Shown here: one piece after another, positions 19,077 to 28,794 of the stretch
Position numbering within the stretch: the stretch's first letter is position 1
Layout of the letters: every line of letters starts with the position of its first letter
Translations under genes and position numbers: made by a program
Assembly (NCBI GenBank): GCA_021813125.1
Contig: JAKALT010000002.1
Span: forward strand, 11,424-75,423
Length of the DNA: 64,000 bases
Direction of reading: 5' to 3'
Origin: a bacterium
Lineage (GTDB): Bacteria; Patescibacteriota; Microgenomatia; Curtissbacterales; GWA2-41-24
Notes under the pieces: generated by a model
Told to the model about the DNA's origin: nothing
The model's database searches: none
Seen by the model: the letters and a program-made list of their open reading frames with translations, nothing else

Positions 19077-19697
19077 ATGAGTTTGGTTTTATATAAACGA
19101 CAAAAGCAGATACTGGATTTTCTCAATGATTACATTGAAAAATACGGCCATGCACCTACTTTGGTAGAAATTGCAAAAAAGTTAGGAGTAAAATCTCTCG
19201 CGACAGTTCATGAGCATCTACAAACGCTGGAAAAGAAAGGACTGATAAAGAAATCGGGCGGTATTTCCAGGAGCATAGAACTTATTGATCAAAAAATAGG
19301 GAAAGTCGTAAGAGGTATAGAGTTACCGCTTTCGGGGTTTATAGCCGCAGGAGCACCAATTGAACCTTATACTGACCCTAACGCTACTTTTGCGGTATCC
19401 GCAAACATGGTTTCTCCTAACAAAAAATCATATGTGTTGCAGGTCAAAGGGGAATCAATGGTTGACGACGGTATTTTGGACGGTGATTTTGTGGTTATAG
19501 AAGAAACAAACCAGGCAAATAACGGAGATATTGTAGTTGCAATGATCGAAAACGGCATCGTCACACTAAAACGATTTTTCAAGGAAAAGGACAGGGTTAG
19601 GTTACAACCGGCAAATACAACAATGCAGCCAATTTTTGCAAAAAGTGTGACTATTCAGGGCAAGTGTGTTGCGGTAATCAGGCGTTACCAGAGTTAA
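19077..19697 (+). CDS. lexA: LexA repressor (canonical copy, divergent from uvrB)
   Basis: LexA wHTH (APTLVEIAKKLGVKSLATVHEHLQTLEKKGLI). S24 motifs VKGESM and VTLKRF. Confidence 0.9.
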   Translation: MSLVLYKRQKQILDFLNDYIEKYGHAPTLVEIAKKLGVKSLATVHEHLQTLEKKGLIKKSGGISRSIELIDQKIGKVVRGIELPLSGFIAAGAPIEPYTDPNATFAVSANMVSPNKKSYVLQVKGESMVDDGILDGDFVVIEETNQANNGDIVVAMIENGIVTLKRFFKEKDRVRLQPANTTMQPIFAKSVTIQGKCVAVIRRYQS

Positions 19698-19716
19698 TTA
19701 AGAAAATATCTAGTGT

Positions 19717-21072
19717 TCACAGAAAAGATAATAGAAGTGCTACCGCAAATATTCCCATCACAAGAAATGCAGTCCATAGCCCCAGCTTTGACCAAACGCC
19801 GCTCTTATGCTCTCCCATGATATCTTCCCTTGCCGAAACGCGAGCTATCAGATAAATTAGCGGAACAGCTGCTATTCCATTGAAAACGGCAGTGAGAACG
19901 AGCGCTTTCATCGGGTCAAAGCCGACGAAGTTAAATATCAGTCCTACCAGTGTTCCAAAAATTATAACGAAGTAGAATTCCCGAGCTTGTTTAAATTTGC
20001 GAAACAATCCTTCGCGCCAGTTAAATGTTTCGGAAACAGCGTATGAAGATGAGCCTGCAAGTATTGGCACGCTTTGAAGGCCGATTCCAATTACGCCAAT
20101 GGAAAAGATTAGCTTTGCCAAAAAACCGGCATTCGGAAAGCTTTGCACCAAAGGTTCAAGTGCTTTGGCTGCATCTGCGGCTGTTTTAATGTCGGTTATA
20201 CCTGCGCGGTTTAAGACTACCGCGCCAACAACAATGATAAACCAGGCGCTAACGTTGGAGAAAAGCATTCCTACTGCTGTGTCGATCCGCAGCCGTTTAA
20301 GATATGGTTTTGAAATACGAGGAATACTTTGCGTGTTTTCCGCCAAACGATGTTCTGCAATTTCGTCCTCAACAACGTTACTGGTCTGCCAAAAAAATAA
20401 GTAAGGCGAAATAGTCGTTCCAAAAATTCCAACAATTATGTAGAGGAAGTCCTTGTTTAATTCTACATGTGGAATTAACGTTGCTTTTAAAATCTCGACC
20501 CATGGTACCCGAACCATAAAAGCAGTAATAAAATAAGCGAATAAAGCCATCGCAAGCCACTTTAAAATGTGCATATAAGTTCTGTAGGAAACCATGATTT
20601 CCAAAATCAAAATAATGATTGCAAAAGTAACTGCCAAAAGCGCAAAAGGTACATTTGGTAGTAGCAGGCGGGTGCTTGCGGCCATTGCGCCGATATCCGA
20701 ACCGATATTAAATGTGTTAGCGGTAACAACAAGAGCTACAACTGGATAAAGAATTTTTTTTGAGTAATGGTCACGAACAGTAGCAGCTAAACCCTTACCG
20801 GTGACAGCCCCAACTCTTGCGCAGGCTTCCTGGACGGCTGTCATTAGCGGGAAGGTGAAAAGCATCGTCCATGGCATATGGAAGCCAAATTGAGTACCTG
20901 CTTGTGAATAGGTTGCAATACCGGAGGGGTCGTCGTCTGCCGCTCCTGTTACAATACCGGGGCCAAGAATGCGCAGAAACCGGCTAAAACCCTTTTTTTT
21001 AGATTCCCGTGGAAAAGCAGGGGTTTTTTTTTCGTGCTTTATGAGTTCATCCGGAAATTGAGGAGCACCCAT
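19717..21072 (-). CDS. mntH: NRAMP-family divalent metal (Mn/Fe) transporter
   Basis: GPGIVTGAADDDPSGIATYSQAGTQFGF NRAMP signature in a polytopic protein. Confidence 0.85.
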   Translation of the reverse strand: MGAPQFPDELIKHEKKTPAFPRESKKKGFSRFLRILGPGIVTGAADDDPSGIATYSQAGTQFGFHMPWTMLFTFPLMTAVQEACARVGAVTGKGLAATVRDHYSKKILYPVVALVVTANTFNIGSDIGAMAASTRLLLPNVPFALLAVTFAIIILILEIMVSYRTYMHILKWLAMALFAYFITAFMVRVPWVEILKATLIPHVELNKDFLYIIVGIFGTTISPYLFFWQTSNVVEDEIAEHRLAENTQSIPRISKPYLKRLRIDTAVGMLFSNVSAWFIIVVGAVVLNRAGITDIKTAADAAKALEPLVQSFPNAGFLAKLIFSIGVIGIGLQSVPILAGSSSYAVSETFNWREGLFRKFKQAREFYFVIIFGTLVGLIFNFVGFDPMKALVLTAVFNGIAAVPLIYLIARVSAREDIMGEHKSGVWSKLGLWTAFLVMGIFAVALLLSFL

Positions 21073-21120
21073 AATTTAAGAATACGTATTAGTGCCTTTT
21101 TTGTCCAGATGTACCGGCAA

Positions 21121-21768
21121 TTAAGAAATTTGTGATTTGTGGGTTTTTGTTTTTTTTAGCTTTAAATAAATGTAGGCTGCAATGAGAATTATAAAAATAA
21201 CCACGATCGCTATATCAAATTTTCTAAAAATTGGCCTTAATATTTGCCAATTTTGGCCCAGGACGAAACCGATATATGCCAGAAGGTACGACCATATAAG
21301 CGACCCGAAAAAAGTTAGTGCCGAAAATTTCCAGAAGTCGACTTTGGCTATTCCGGCCGGGAGTGAGATGACTGTCCTTACGGCAGGAAGGAGTCTTGAT
21401 GCTGCAGCGAGCCATTGACCATGTTTGTTAAACATTTTTAGGGCTGAGTCGAATTCTTCTTCTGTAAGAAGGATAAATCTGCCGTATTTAATAACAATTT
21501 TTCTGATGTACTTTTCACCTTTGGTATAACCCAACCAGTAAGCAAGCCATGACCCGAAAAGGTTGCCAAGTGTTCCAATCAGTGCTACAAGGGGTAAACT
21601 AAATCTGCCAGTTGCGGCGAGGAAACCGGAAAAAGGCATTATTACTTCCGACGGAATCGGGATAAGCGCTGATTCGAGCGTCATTAGAAGAAAAATGCCG
21701 CTGTAGCCCATTTGGGAAATTATCCCCATCACCCAAAAGACTATCTGCTCTAAAATTGACTCGTGCAT
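21121..21768 (-). CDS. DedA-family membrane protein
   Basis: DedA/SNARE-associated signatures: GFLAATGRFSLPLVALIGTLGNLFGSWLAYWLGY. Confidence 0.75.
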   Translation of the reverse strand: MHESILEQIVFWVMGIISQMGYSGIFLLMTLESALIPIPSEVIMPFSGFLAATGRFSLPLVALIGTLGNLFGSWLAYWLGYTKGEKYIRKIVIKYGRFILLTEEEFDSALKMFNKHGQWLAAASRLLPAVRTVISLPAGIAKVDFWKFSALTFFGSLIWSYLLAYIGFVLGQNWQILRPIFRKFDIAIVVIFIILIAAYIYLKLKKTKTHKSQIS

Positions 21769-21810
21769 AATTTGACAATTAACAAGTAACCATTAACAAT
21801 TAACCTTAAA

Positions 21811-22467
21811 ATGGGTACTTTGTATATTGTATCGACTCCTATAGGCAATTTAAAAGATATCACTTTAAGGGCAATTGAGATCTTGGGAAATGTAGATATT
21901 GTTGCTTGTGAGGACACAAGGGTTACAGGTCGGTTGCTAACCCATTTAAATATTTCCAAAAAAATGCTGGCAGTTTCGGATTTTAACGAAGAGAAAATGG
22001 TTAGTGAGATTATTACGATTTTGAATGCCGGGAAAGATATTGCACTTGTTTGTGATGCCGGTACACCACTTATTTCTGACCCTGGCTTTAAAATAGTGCG
22101 TGAAGCGGTAAGTAGGAACATTCGTGTTGAATCCATCCCCGGTGCTTCCGCATCCATTGCCGCACTCAGTATCTCGGGGCTTGCTACTGACAAATTCATG
22201 TTTATCGGTTACCTTTCAAAAAAGGACTTAAAAAGGGAAAGCCAGATTAAAGACATAAAGAAAATTGCTGAAACAGTAAAAACTACGTTTATTTTGTACG
22301 AATCTCCGTATAGGGTAGTAAAAACGCTCGATTCGATAAAAAATGTTTTTGGGGATATAAATATAGTTGTTTGCCGTGAATTGACAAAATTGCACGAAGA
22401 AATTTATCGGGGAAAGATTAGCGAATTTAAAATGAATTTAAAAGGCGAGTTTGTGATTCTATTTTAG
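21811..22467 (+). CDS. rsmI: 16S rRNA (cytidine1402-2'-O)-methyltransferase RsmI (short form)
   Basis: LYIVSTPIGNLKDITLRA...ACEDTR tetrapyrrole-methylase fold N-terminus, typical of RsmI. Confidence 0.7.
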   Translation: MGTLYIVSTPIGNLKDITLRAIEILGNVDIVACEDTRVTGRLLTHLNISKKMLAVSDFNEEKMVSEIITILNAGKDIALVCDAGTPLISDPGFKIVREAVSRNIRVESIPGASASIAALSISGLATDKFMFIGYLSKKDLKRESQIKDIKKIAETVKTTFILYESPYRVVKTLDSIKNVFGDINIVVCRELTKLHEEIYRGKISEFKMNLKGEFVILF

Positions 22468-24062
22468 AGCAGGCTGCGGCCGGTCATTTGAGAAGGTTTA
22501 GGGATTTGCAATACACCTAAAACCGTTGGTGCAATATCTGCAAGCAGGCCCTGGGGCAATTGCTGGGCATTTCCTTCTAATTCTCTAAAGAGAAAAATAG
22601 CAGGGACGGGGCTTATGTTGTGCTCAGTATCGGTTTCGCCTGTCCTTAAATTTATCATTTCTTCGGCATTGCCATGGTCAGCAGTTATAATCAGGCCTCC
22701 ACCGCAACCTAAAACTGTTTTTGCCAATATGCCTAAATTGTGATCTATTGTTTGCACCCCTTTTATGGTTGCTGCAATATTGCCGCTATGACCAACCATG
22801 TCGGCATTCGCATAATTAACAACAATAAAGTCATACATTTTAGTATTAATCTTTTCAATCAACCTTTGAGTTAAAATGTTAGCTGACATTTCTGGAGCTT
22901 TGTCGTAAGAAGCTACTTTTGGAGAATCAATGAGAATGCGATCTTCTCCTTTAAACGGTTTTTCAAAACCGCCATTAAAAAAGTAAGTAACGTGGCCATA
23001 TTTTTCTGTTTCGGCAATATGCAGTTGGCGAGCGTTTCTTTCTGCAAAAATTCTAGCGATCGGCATTGTTACCTCTTCAGGATTAAAAGCTGCGGCTGTA
23101 ACAGGTAAATCTTTAGCATAGCGCGTTAGCGAAACGAAAAATAAATTGGCTATTTTGGTGCCTCTTTGAAACCCAGCAGCTTGCTCGCCCGATGATGTTT
23201 TCAAATTGGAAAGATCGTCCAGCACGAATGCTTCTGTTAATTGTCTTGCCCTGTCTGGGCGGTAATTAAAAAATATCAAAGAATCATTAGGTGAAACCGC
23301 ACCTGTGGGGATGCCCCTTTCGTCAGCTATCATTGTGGGTTCAATAAATTCATCAGTTTTACCGTTTGCATAGGACGCGTCTATGACAGCAAGAGCATTT
23401 ACGGCTTTGTTTTGACCTTTTCCTACAATTGTCCAATAAGCTTTAGCAGTTCTGTCCCAACGATTATCCCGATCCATTGAAAAATACCTGCCACTAACTG
23501 AGGCAATTTCGCCCAAATTTCCGGTTTTTAACTTATTCTCCAGGTCACTCATGTAGATTTTTGCGGAAGTTGGCGGGCTATCCCTGCCGTCCGTAAAAAG
23601 ATGAAGTTTAATTCTGGATGCAGGTACCTGTTTTTTTTGAAGTAGAGTTAAAAGTGCATAGAGGTGGCTCATTTCGCTGTGAACTGCGCCCAAGCCAACA
23701 AGACCCATTAAGTGTATGTTTGAGTTATTTTTTGTGATGTGGTCAATTGCTCCTATTAAAGCTGGGTTTTCGAAAAAGGTACCGTCTGCAATAGCATTAT
23801 TAAGCCTTAGTAGATCCTGGAACACGACCCTGCCTGCCCCAAGGTTGATATGGCCTACTTCGCTATTGCCAACATGGCCTTCAGGAAGACCGACCGCCTG
23901 ACCGGATGCAACAAGTAAGGCGTGCGGGTAAGAAAACCAAAAATTGTTGAAGTTGCTCGGGTTTGCTCTTGTGATTGCATTGCCCGGACTGTCTTGGGAA
24001 ACACCCCAGCCATCCAAGATACACAAGACAACAGGTTTAGGTTTTTCGGTTACTCTTAACAT
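22464..24062 (-). CDS. gpmI: 2,3-bisphosphoglycerate-independent phosphoglycerate mutase
   Basis: 532 aa with iPGM motifs. It is contiguous with eno. Confidence 0.9.
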   Translation of the reverse strand: MLRVTEKPKPVVLCILDGWGVSQDSPGNAITRANPSNFNNFWFSYPHALLVASGQAVGLPEGHVGNSEVGHINLGAGRVVFQDLLRLNNAIADGTFFENPALIGAIDHITKNNSNIHLMGLVGLGAVHSEMSHLYALLTLLQKKQVPASRIKLHLFTDGRDSPPTSAKIYMSDLENKLKTGNLGEIASVSGRYFSMDRDNRWDRTAKAYWTIVGKGQNKAVNALAVIDASYANGKTDEFIEPTMIADERGIPTGAVSPNDSLIFFNYRPDRARQLTEAFVLDDLSNLKTSSGEQAAGFQRGTKIANLFFVSLTRYAKDLPVTAAAFNPEEVTMPIARIFAERNARQLHIAETEKYGHVTYFFNGGFEKPFKGEDRILIDSPKVASYDKAPEMSANILTQRLIEKINTKMYDFIVVNYANADMVGHSGNIAATIKGVQTIDHNLGILAKTVLGCGGGLIITADHGNAEEMINLRTGETDTEHNISPVPAIFLFRELEGNAQQLPQGLLADIAPTVLGVLQIPKPSQMTGRSLL

Positions 24063-25318
24063 TAGGAAAGCTCATGTTCTATAGCCAGAAGCCGATTGTA
24101 TTTTGCTACCCTTTCTCCCCTTGCAGGTGCGCCAAATTTAGCGTAATCGGATCCTATGCCCACAGCAAAATCTGCAATGAAATCATCGTCGGTTTCGCCA
24201 GATCTATGCGAAACTATTGTCTTGAAATTTGCAGCTTTGGCAGCTTTTACTACATCGAGCGTTTCGCTAATTGTGCCGACCTGATTTGGTTTTATGATTA
24301 TTCCATTGCATGATTTTTTATCGATTGCCTTTTTAAGCCTTTCCATATTGGTTGTTATTAAATCATCGCCCACTATTATTGTTTTCTCTCCCATTGCTTC
24401 TGTCATCTTGTGCCATCCGTCCCAATCGTCTTCGGAAAGAGGGTCTTCCAGGGAAAGTAGATGGTATTGTTCGTTTAGGGCAACAAAAAAATCTATAAAT
24501 TCTGAAGCTGTTAAACCAACGGGTCTATCCTTAATTTTATATACGCCACCCTTCATAAATGTTGATGACCCAACATCGACGCTTAGGAAAGTATCGAGAC
24601 CTAATGTGTAGCCGGCTCTGGTAACCGCCTCCTCTAAAATTTTAAAAGCATCTGAGTTCGAATATAGTGTCGGTGCATATCCGCCTTCTTCACCCAGTAG
24701 CGTGATACCGCTATGGTTTGTAATGACCTCTTTTAACGAATAATAGATTTCTACCCCTGTTTTTAAATTTTGGGAATAAGAGTTTGCACGGGGCGGTACT
24801 ATTAAAAATTCTTGAAAATCAATATTTCCGCCTCCGTGCTTGCCGCCGTTTAGAATATTAAACATTGGTGTTGGTATAGAAAACTGGTTGCTTTTTTGAC
24901 TCGAAAGAAGCATCGAGATGTATTGGTAAAGAGTTAATTTGAGCGAAGCCGCCTGGGCACGAGCTATGGCTCCTGAAAGAGCTAGGATGCTGTTTGCTCC
25001 CATTTTTGATTTATTGTCTGTTCCGTCAATTTGAATCATGATCTTGTCCATTTCCAGCTGGTTTGAAGCATCTTTGCCTATTAATGCCGGTGCCAGAAAA
25101 GTGAGGATGTTTTCAAGAGCTTTTAGTACGCCATGCCCCCCGAACCTGCTACTGTCGCCGTCCCGAAGTTCCACGGCTTCATGTTTGCCTACAGAAATTC
25201 CAGAAGGGGTTGCAAAACCGCCCACGGCTCCATCTTCAAGCTGAACAATGGCTTCTATTGTTGGCATACCACGGCTGTCTAAAATTTCTCTTGCAATTAT
25301 TTTTTTGATTTTGGCCAT
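24062..25318 (-). CDS. eno: enolase
   Basis: REILDSRG ... canonical enolase N-terminus and length. Confidence 0.95.
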   Translation of the reverse strand: MAKIKKIIAREILDSRGMPTIEAIVQLEDGAVGGFATPSGISVGKHEAVELRDGDSSRFGGHGVLKALENILTFLAPALIGKDASNQLEMDKIMIQIDGTDNKSKMGANSILALSGAIARAQAASLKLTLYQYISMLLSSQKSNQFSIPTPMFNILNGGKHGGGNIDFQEFLIVPPRANSYSQNLKTGVEIYYSLKEVITNHSGITLLGEEGGYAPTLYSNSDAFKILEEAVTRAGYTLGLDTFLSVDVGSSTFMKGGVYKIKDRPVGLTASEFIDFFVALNEQYHLLSLEDPLSEDDWDGWHKMTEAMGEKTIIVGDDLITTNMERLKKAIDKKSCNGIIIKPNQVGTISETLDVVKAAKAANFKTIVSHRSGETDDDFIADFAVGIGSDYAKFGAPARGERVAKYNRLLAIEHELS

Positions 25319-25319
25319 T

Positions 25320-27593
25320 TTAGTTTCTTGAAACTAATTTTTTTTCCGCTTCTGAGATGATTTCTCTAGTTGATTCCACGACATCCGGGTCAACGGATAT
25401 CGATGTCACACCCCAGGACACTAACATTTCTGTAAGCTGGGGATAAACGGAAGGTGCTTCGCCGCAAATTGAGCTAGTTATGTTAAATTTGTTTGCAGTT
25501 TTTACAATTTTCTCCAAGCACCACAAAACCGAGGGGTCCATTTCGTAATACTCGCTAGCGACCTCTTCGTTGTCTCTATCTGTTCCCAAAACCAGCATTG
25601 TTAAGTCGTTTGTACCAATAGAGATACCGTCTATCCCTACATCTATGAAGTTTTCCAAAGATAAAACATTTGTAGGCAATTCTGCCATCATGTAAAACTT
25701 AAAGGTGGGGTCGTTAAACAAGCCTTTTTCCTCGACTATGGAGCGCACTGTTTTTAATTCCTGAGGGTTTCTTACAAAAGGAATCAAAAGATGTACATTT
25801 TGATGAATTTTCCGAACTTCCAATAAGCTATCCAGTTCCATTTTAAATACATCTGGATCTTTGATATATCTGTAAGCACCACGATAACCCATGAGCGGAT
25901 TGGGTTCCTGGGGCTCGTATTTGTCTCCACCCTTTAAATTTCGATATTCATTTGATTTAAAGTCGCTCGCCCTGTAGATAATAGGCCTTCTGCCGAAAGC
26001 TTTAGCAAACACTGACAGGCTTTTTGAAAATTCTTGAACAAATTCATGCTGTTTTTTTTGCCGGATGTACTCTTTTGGGTGCTGACCGATTTTGGCAAGC
26101 AGAAATTCTGCCCGCAACAATCCGACACCATCTACGTTTTTAGCAGCAACTATTGGTGCCTGATCAGGGTCTGCAAGATTTACGTATAAGTGCGTTGCCG
26201 TTCTCCTTTGTCTTACGTGCTGACTTTCCTTTTCGGCCGTAGTGATTTTGGCCTTTTGTTTTATAGATGAGCCAAGATAAATGATCCCTTTTGAACCGTC
26301 AACGGTGACGACCATGCCGTCTTTTAATTTTTTTAGCGCTCCCTCCACCCCAACAGCACTTGCTATGCCAAGCTCTCTTGAGACGATAGCTGCATGCGAT
26401 GTTCTGCCACCTTTTTCTGTGACAATGGCAACTGCTCTTTTCATTGCCGGTACAAAATCCGGATTAGTCATTTCTGTTACTAAAACAGTCCCTTTGGTCA
26501 CCTTATTTAATTCTGATACGTTTTTTACTATTACAACTTTTCCCGATGCTATTGCCGGAGATGCCGGTGAACCGACTGCTAATACTTTGAGTTTTTCGGT
26601 TTCTTCAATTTTTTGAGGTTTTTGCTCTTTTTTGATTGTTGTTACGGGTCTCGTTTGAACTATATAGATTTGGCCTTTTTCGATTGCCCATTCGATATCC
26701 TGCGGGAAAAAGTAGTGCTTTTCTAACGTGAGACCAATTTGAGCTAGAGATATTATTTGTTCGTCAGTAATCTTTTGATCTTTACTGTGGCTTCTCGAGA
26801 TTTTTAAAAGTACGTCTTTTGATTTTACTTTGACCAATTGGTTTTTTTGAGCATTTATTTTTTTTGCCGTGATTTTTAAGCTTTTTTTGTCTACTTCATA
26901 GTGGTCCGGAGTTTCTTCGCCTTGAACTATCAGCTCCCCGAGGCCAAATATTGCTTCAATTACAACTATTTTTTTATTGGATGTTACCGGATCTAAAGTA
27001 AACATAATTCCGGAAGAATCTGATTGAACCATTTGCTGAACGGGAATTGCGATTTTAACTTTAAAATCGTCATAGTTTTTTTGACGCCTGTAGAAAATAG
27101 CTCTGGCTTCAAAAAGCGATGCCCATGCTTCCAGAACAGCTTTTTTCAGCTCCTCTTTACCGCTGATATTTAAAAATGTCGATTGCTGCCCCGCAAATGA
27201 TGCATCGGGTAGGTCTTCCGCCGTTGCGGACGAGCGCACAGCTACATAAACGTTTTTGCCTTTGCCTAATTTTTCATAGAAATCAAAAAGGGTTTTTTGC
27301 AATTTACTATCGAGCTCGATTTCCAATATTTCTTTTTGGCAGGCTTTTGCTTTCTCTTCGAGCTGCAGGGGGTTGTCGGCATCCAGGTTGTAGAGTATTC
27401 CTTTGATTCTGTCTGCCGCGCCGGAAGTGGTTATAGCTTTAAAGTAAGCCTGGGATGTAACGATAAAACCATTTGGGATAGGAATATTGGCGCGGTACAT
27501 TTCGCCAAGGTTGGCCCCCTTGCCACCAACCATCTCGACGTCGTTTTTGTCTACTTCTGAAAACCAGACAATATCCTGCATAATTTCCGCCAC
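25320..27593 (-). CDS. ppsA: phosphoenolpyruvate synthase / pyruvate, water dikinase (PEP-utilizing enzyme)
   Basis: MVGGKGANLGEM ATP-grasp N-terminus, a GGRTSHAAIVSRELGI phosphohistidine domain, and a C-terminal PEP-utilizing TIM barrel over 757 aa. Confidence 0.8.
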   Translation of the reverse strand: MAEIMQDIVWFSEVDKNDVEMVGGKGANLGEMYRANIPIPNGFIVTSQAYFKAITTSGAADRIKGILYNLDADNPLQLEEKAKACQKEILEIELDSKLQKTLFDFYEKLGKGKNVYVAVRSSATAEDLPDASFAGQQSTFLNISGKEELKKAVLEAWASLFEARAIFYRRQKNYDDFKVKIAIPVQQMVQSDSSGIMFTLDPVTSNKKIVVIEAIFGLGELIVQGEETPDHYEVDKKSLKITAKKINAQKNQLVKVKSKDVLLKISRSHSKDQKITDEQIISLAQIGLTLEKHYFFPQDIEWAIEKGQIYIVQTRPVTTIKKEQKPQKIEETEKLKVLAVGSPASPAIASGKVVIVKNVSELNKVTKGTVLVTEMTNPDFVPAMKRAVAIVTEKGGRTSHAAIVSRELGIASAVGVEGALKKLKDGMVVTVDGSKGIIYLGSSIKQKAKITTAEKESQHVRQRRTATHLYVNLADPDQAPIVAAKNVDGVGLLRAEFLLAKIGQHPKEYIRQKKQHEFVQEFSKSLSVFAKAFGRRPIIYRASDFKSNEYRNLKGGDKYEPQEPNPLMGYRGAYRYIKDPDVFKMELDSLLEVRKIHQNVHLLIPFVRNPQELKTVRSIVEEKGLFNDPTFKFYMMAELPTNVLSLENFIDVGIDGISIGTNDLTMLVLGTDRDNEEVASEYYEMDPSVLWCLEKIVKTANKFNITSSICGEAPSVYPQLTEMLVSWGVTSISVDPDVVESTREIISEAEKKLVSRN

Positions 27594-27637
27594 ATCTTAA
27601 CTTGCAGGATGGGCAGTTAATTTATTGTAACAAATAT

Positions 27638-28324
27638 TTAGTTTGAGAAGTGCCTGAAAAGCATAAGGGAGATTAAGCTTTTTTCGTCCTGATTGGTTTG
27701 GCCGCTTTTTATGATCGTTTCTATCTTTAATGTTGATGAAAATAGGCGTTTTAGAGTTGCTAAATTTAAGGCCCTTGCCTGATATTGTAACTTTTCCATC
27801 TGCCAATTTTGTAAAGGCTTTTTGGAAATGTCTGAAATTTTTTTTGCAGAATAGCCTAATTTAATAAGTATCAGCAAAAACAACCGGTTTTCTATTTGCC
27901 ACGTCAGCGAAACTTTTGAGTCCCCAAGTTTTCCCAGTAGTGTTTGTTGATTATTGCTACCTGTGCCAATTGAATCGAGAAATTTAAAAAGAATAGGGTT
28001 AGGCTTAAAAAGCTTTATAACAGTCTCTTTGGGTAGAAGATTTAAAGTTGAGGGTGGTAACTCCTTTTTCTCCCAAAGTATTACTATGTCACCAGCAGAT
28101 AATTTGTTAAGGTCATTCGGGTTTATTAGCTTATTGGAAATAAGATCTTCACCAATAGTTACTTTTTTAGTCTCAAACATGTTTGTCGTGAAAAGCGCTT
28201 GATAGGCCAATTGGCTACTCTCCGCAGACAACCTTTGTTTTGTAAAGTCTTGGTATTTACCTATTACGTTTTGAAGTTCAAGATATGAGTTTTGGATATC
28301 TTCTCCGTGAACCAAAATGAGCAT
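27638..28324 (-). CDS. putative DNA polymerase III delta subunit-like protein (short)
   Basis: The N-terminus ILVHGEDIQNSYLEL resembles the HolA start. Otherwise a weak call. Confidence 0.3.
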   Translation of the reverse strand: MLILVHGEDIQNSYLELQNVIGKYQDFTKQRLSAESSQLAYQALFTTNMFETKKVTIGEDLISNKLINPNDLNKLSAGDIVILWEKKELPPSTLNLLPKETVIKLFKPNPILFKFLDSIGTGSNNQQTLLGKLGDSKVSLTWQIENRLFLLILIKLGYSAKKISDISKKPLQNWQMEKLQYQARALNLATLKRLFSSTLKIETIIKSGQTNQDEKSLISLMLFRHFSN

Positions 28325-28578
28325 TACAGTTTGAAGACTTTTGATTTCGCCTTAACATCGCCCTCGACTTTAAGGCCAAACTCATCTCCTGCTTTTGCAA
28401 TATCTATCTGGGCGTGTTCTATTTGCATGGAGCTGACTTTCTGGGATAAACCATTACCTTTTTCGTCTGAAATTTCTATTTCATCCCCTACTTTGAGATC
28501 ACCTTTTGTGATTTTTATGATAGCTACTTTTATTTTGTCGTAATAATGCTGTACTTGCCCTATTTGAATCTTTTTCAT
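28324..28578 (-). CDS. small beta-barrel protein resembling EF-Tu domain 2
   Basis: 84 aa with the pattern VGDEIEI...KVSSMQIEHAQIDIAKAGDEFGLKV. Confidence 0.3.
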   Translation of the reverse strand: MKKIQIGQVQHYYDKIKVAIIKITKGDLKVGDEIEISDEKGNGLSQKVSSMQIEHAQIDIAKAGDEFGLKVEGDVKAKSKVFKL

Positions 28579-28584
28579 TTTATC

Positions 28585-28794
28585 TTAGATGTCCTTATCT
28601 TCCTCGAGTATCTTAGTAATTTTTTCATTTGCTTCTTTAAGTTTACTCCTGCACAGTTTATGGAGTTTTACACCCTCTTCTAGCAGGCCTAAGCCTTTTT
28701 CCAGATCTAAATTCGGGTCTTCAAGCTGGGAAACTATTTCCTCAAGTCTTAATATGGCTTTTGAAAAATTGATCGTTTCTGCTTTTTTAGCCAT
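28585..28794 (-). CDS. xseB: exodeoxyribonuclease VII small subunit
   Basis: 69 aa with FSKAILRLEEIVSQLE...LEEGVKLHKLCRSKL. It overlaps xseA. Confidence 0.8.
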   Translation of the reverse strand: MAKKAETINFSKAILRLEEIVSQLEDPNLDLEKGLGLLEEGVKLHKLCRSKLKEANEKITKILEEDKDI

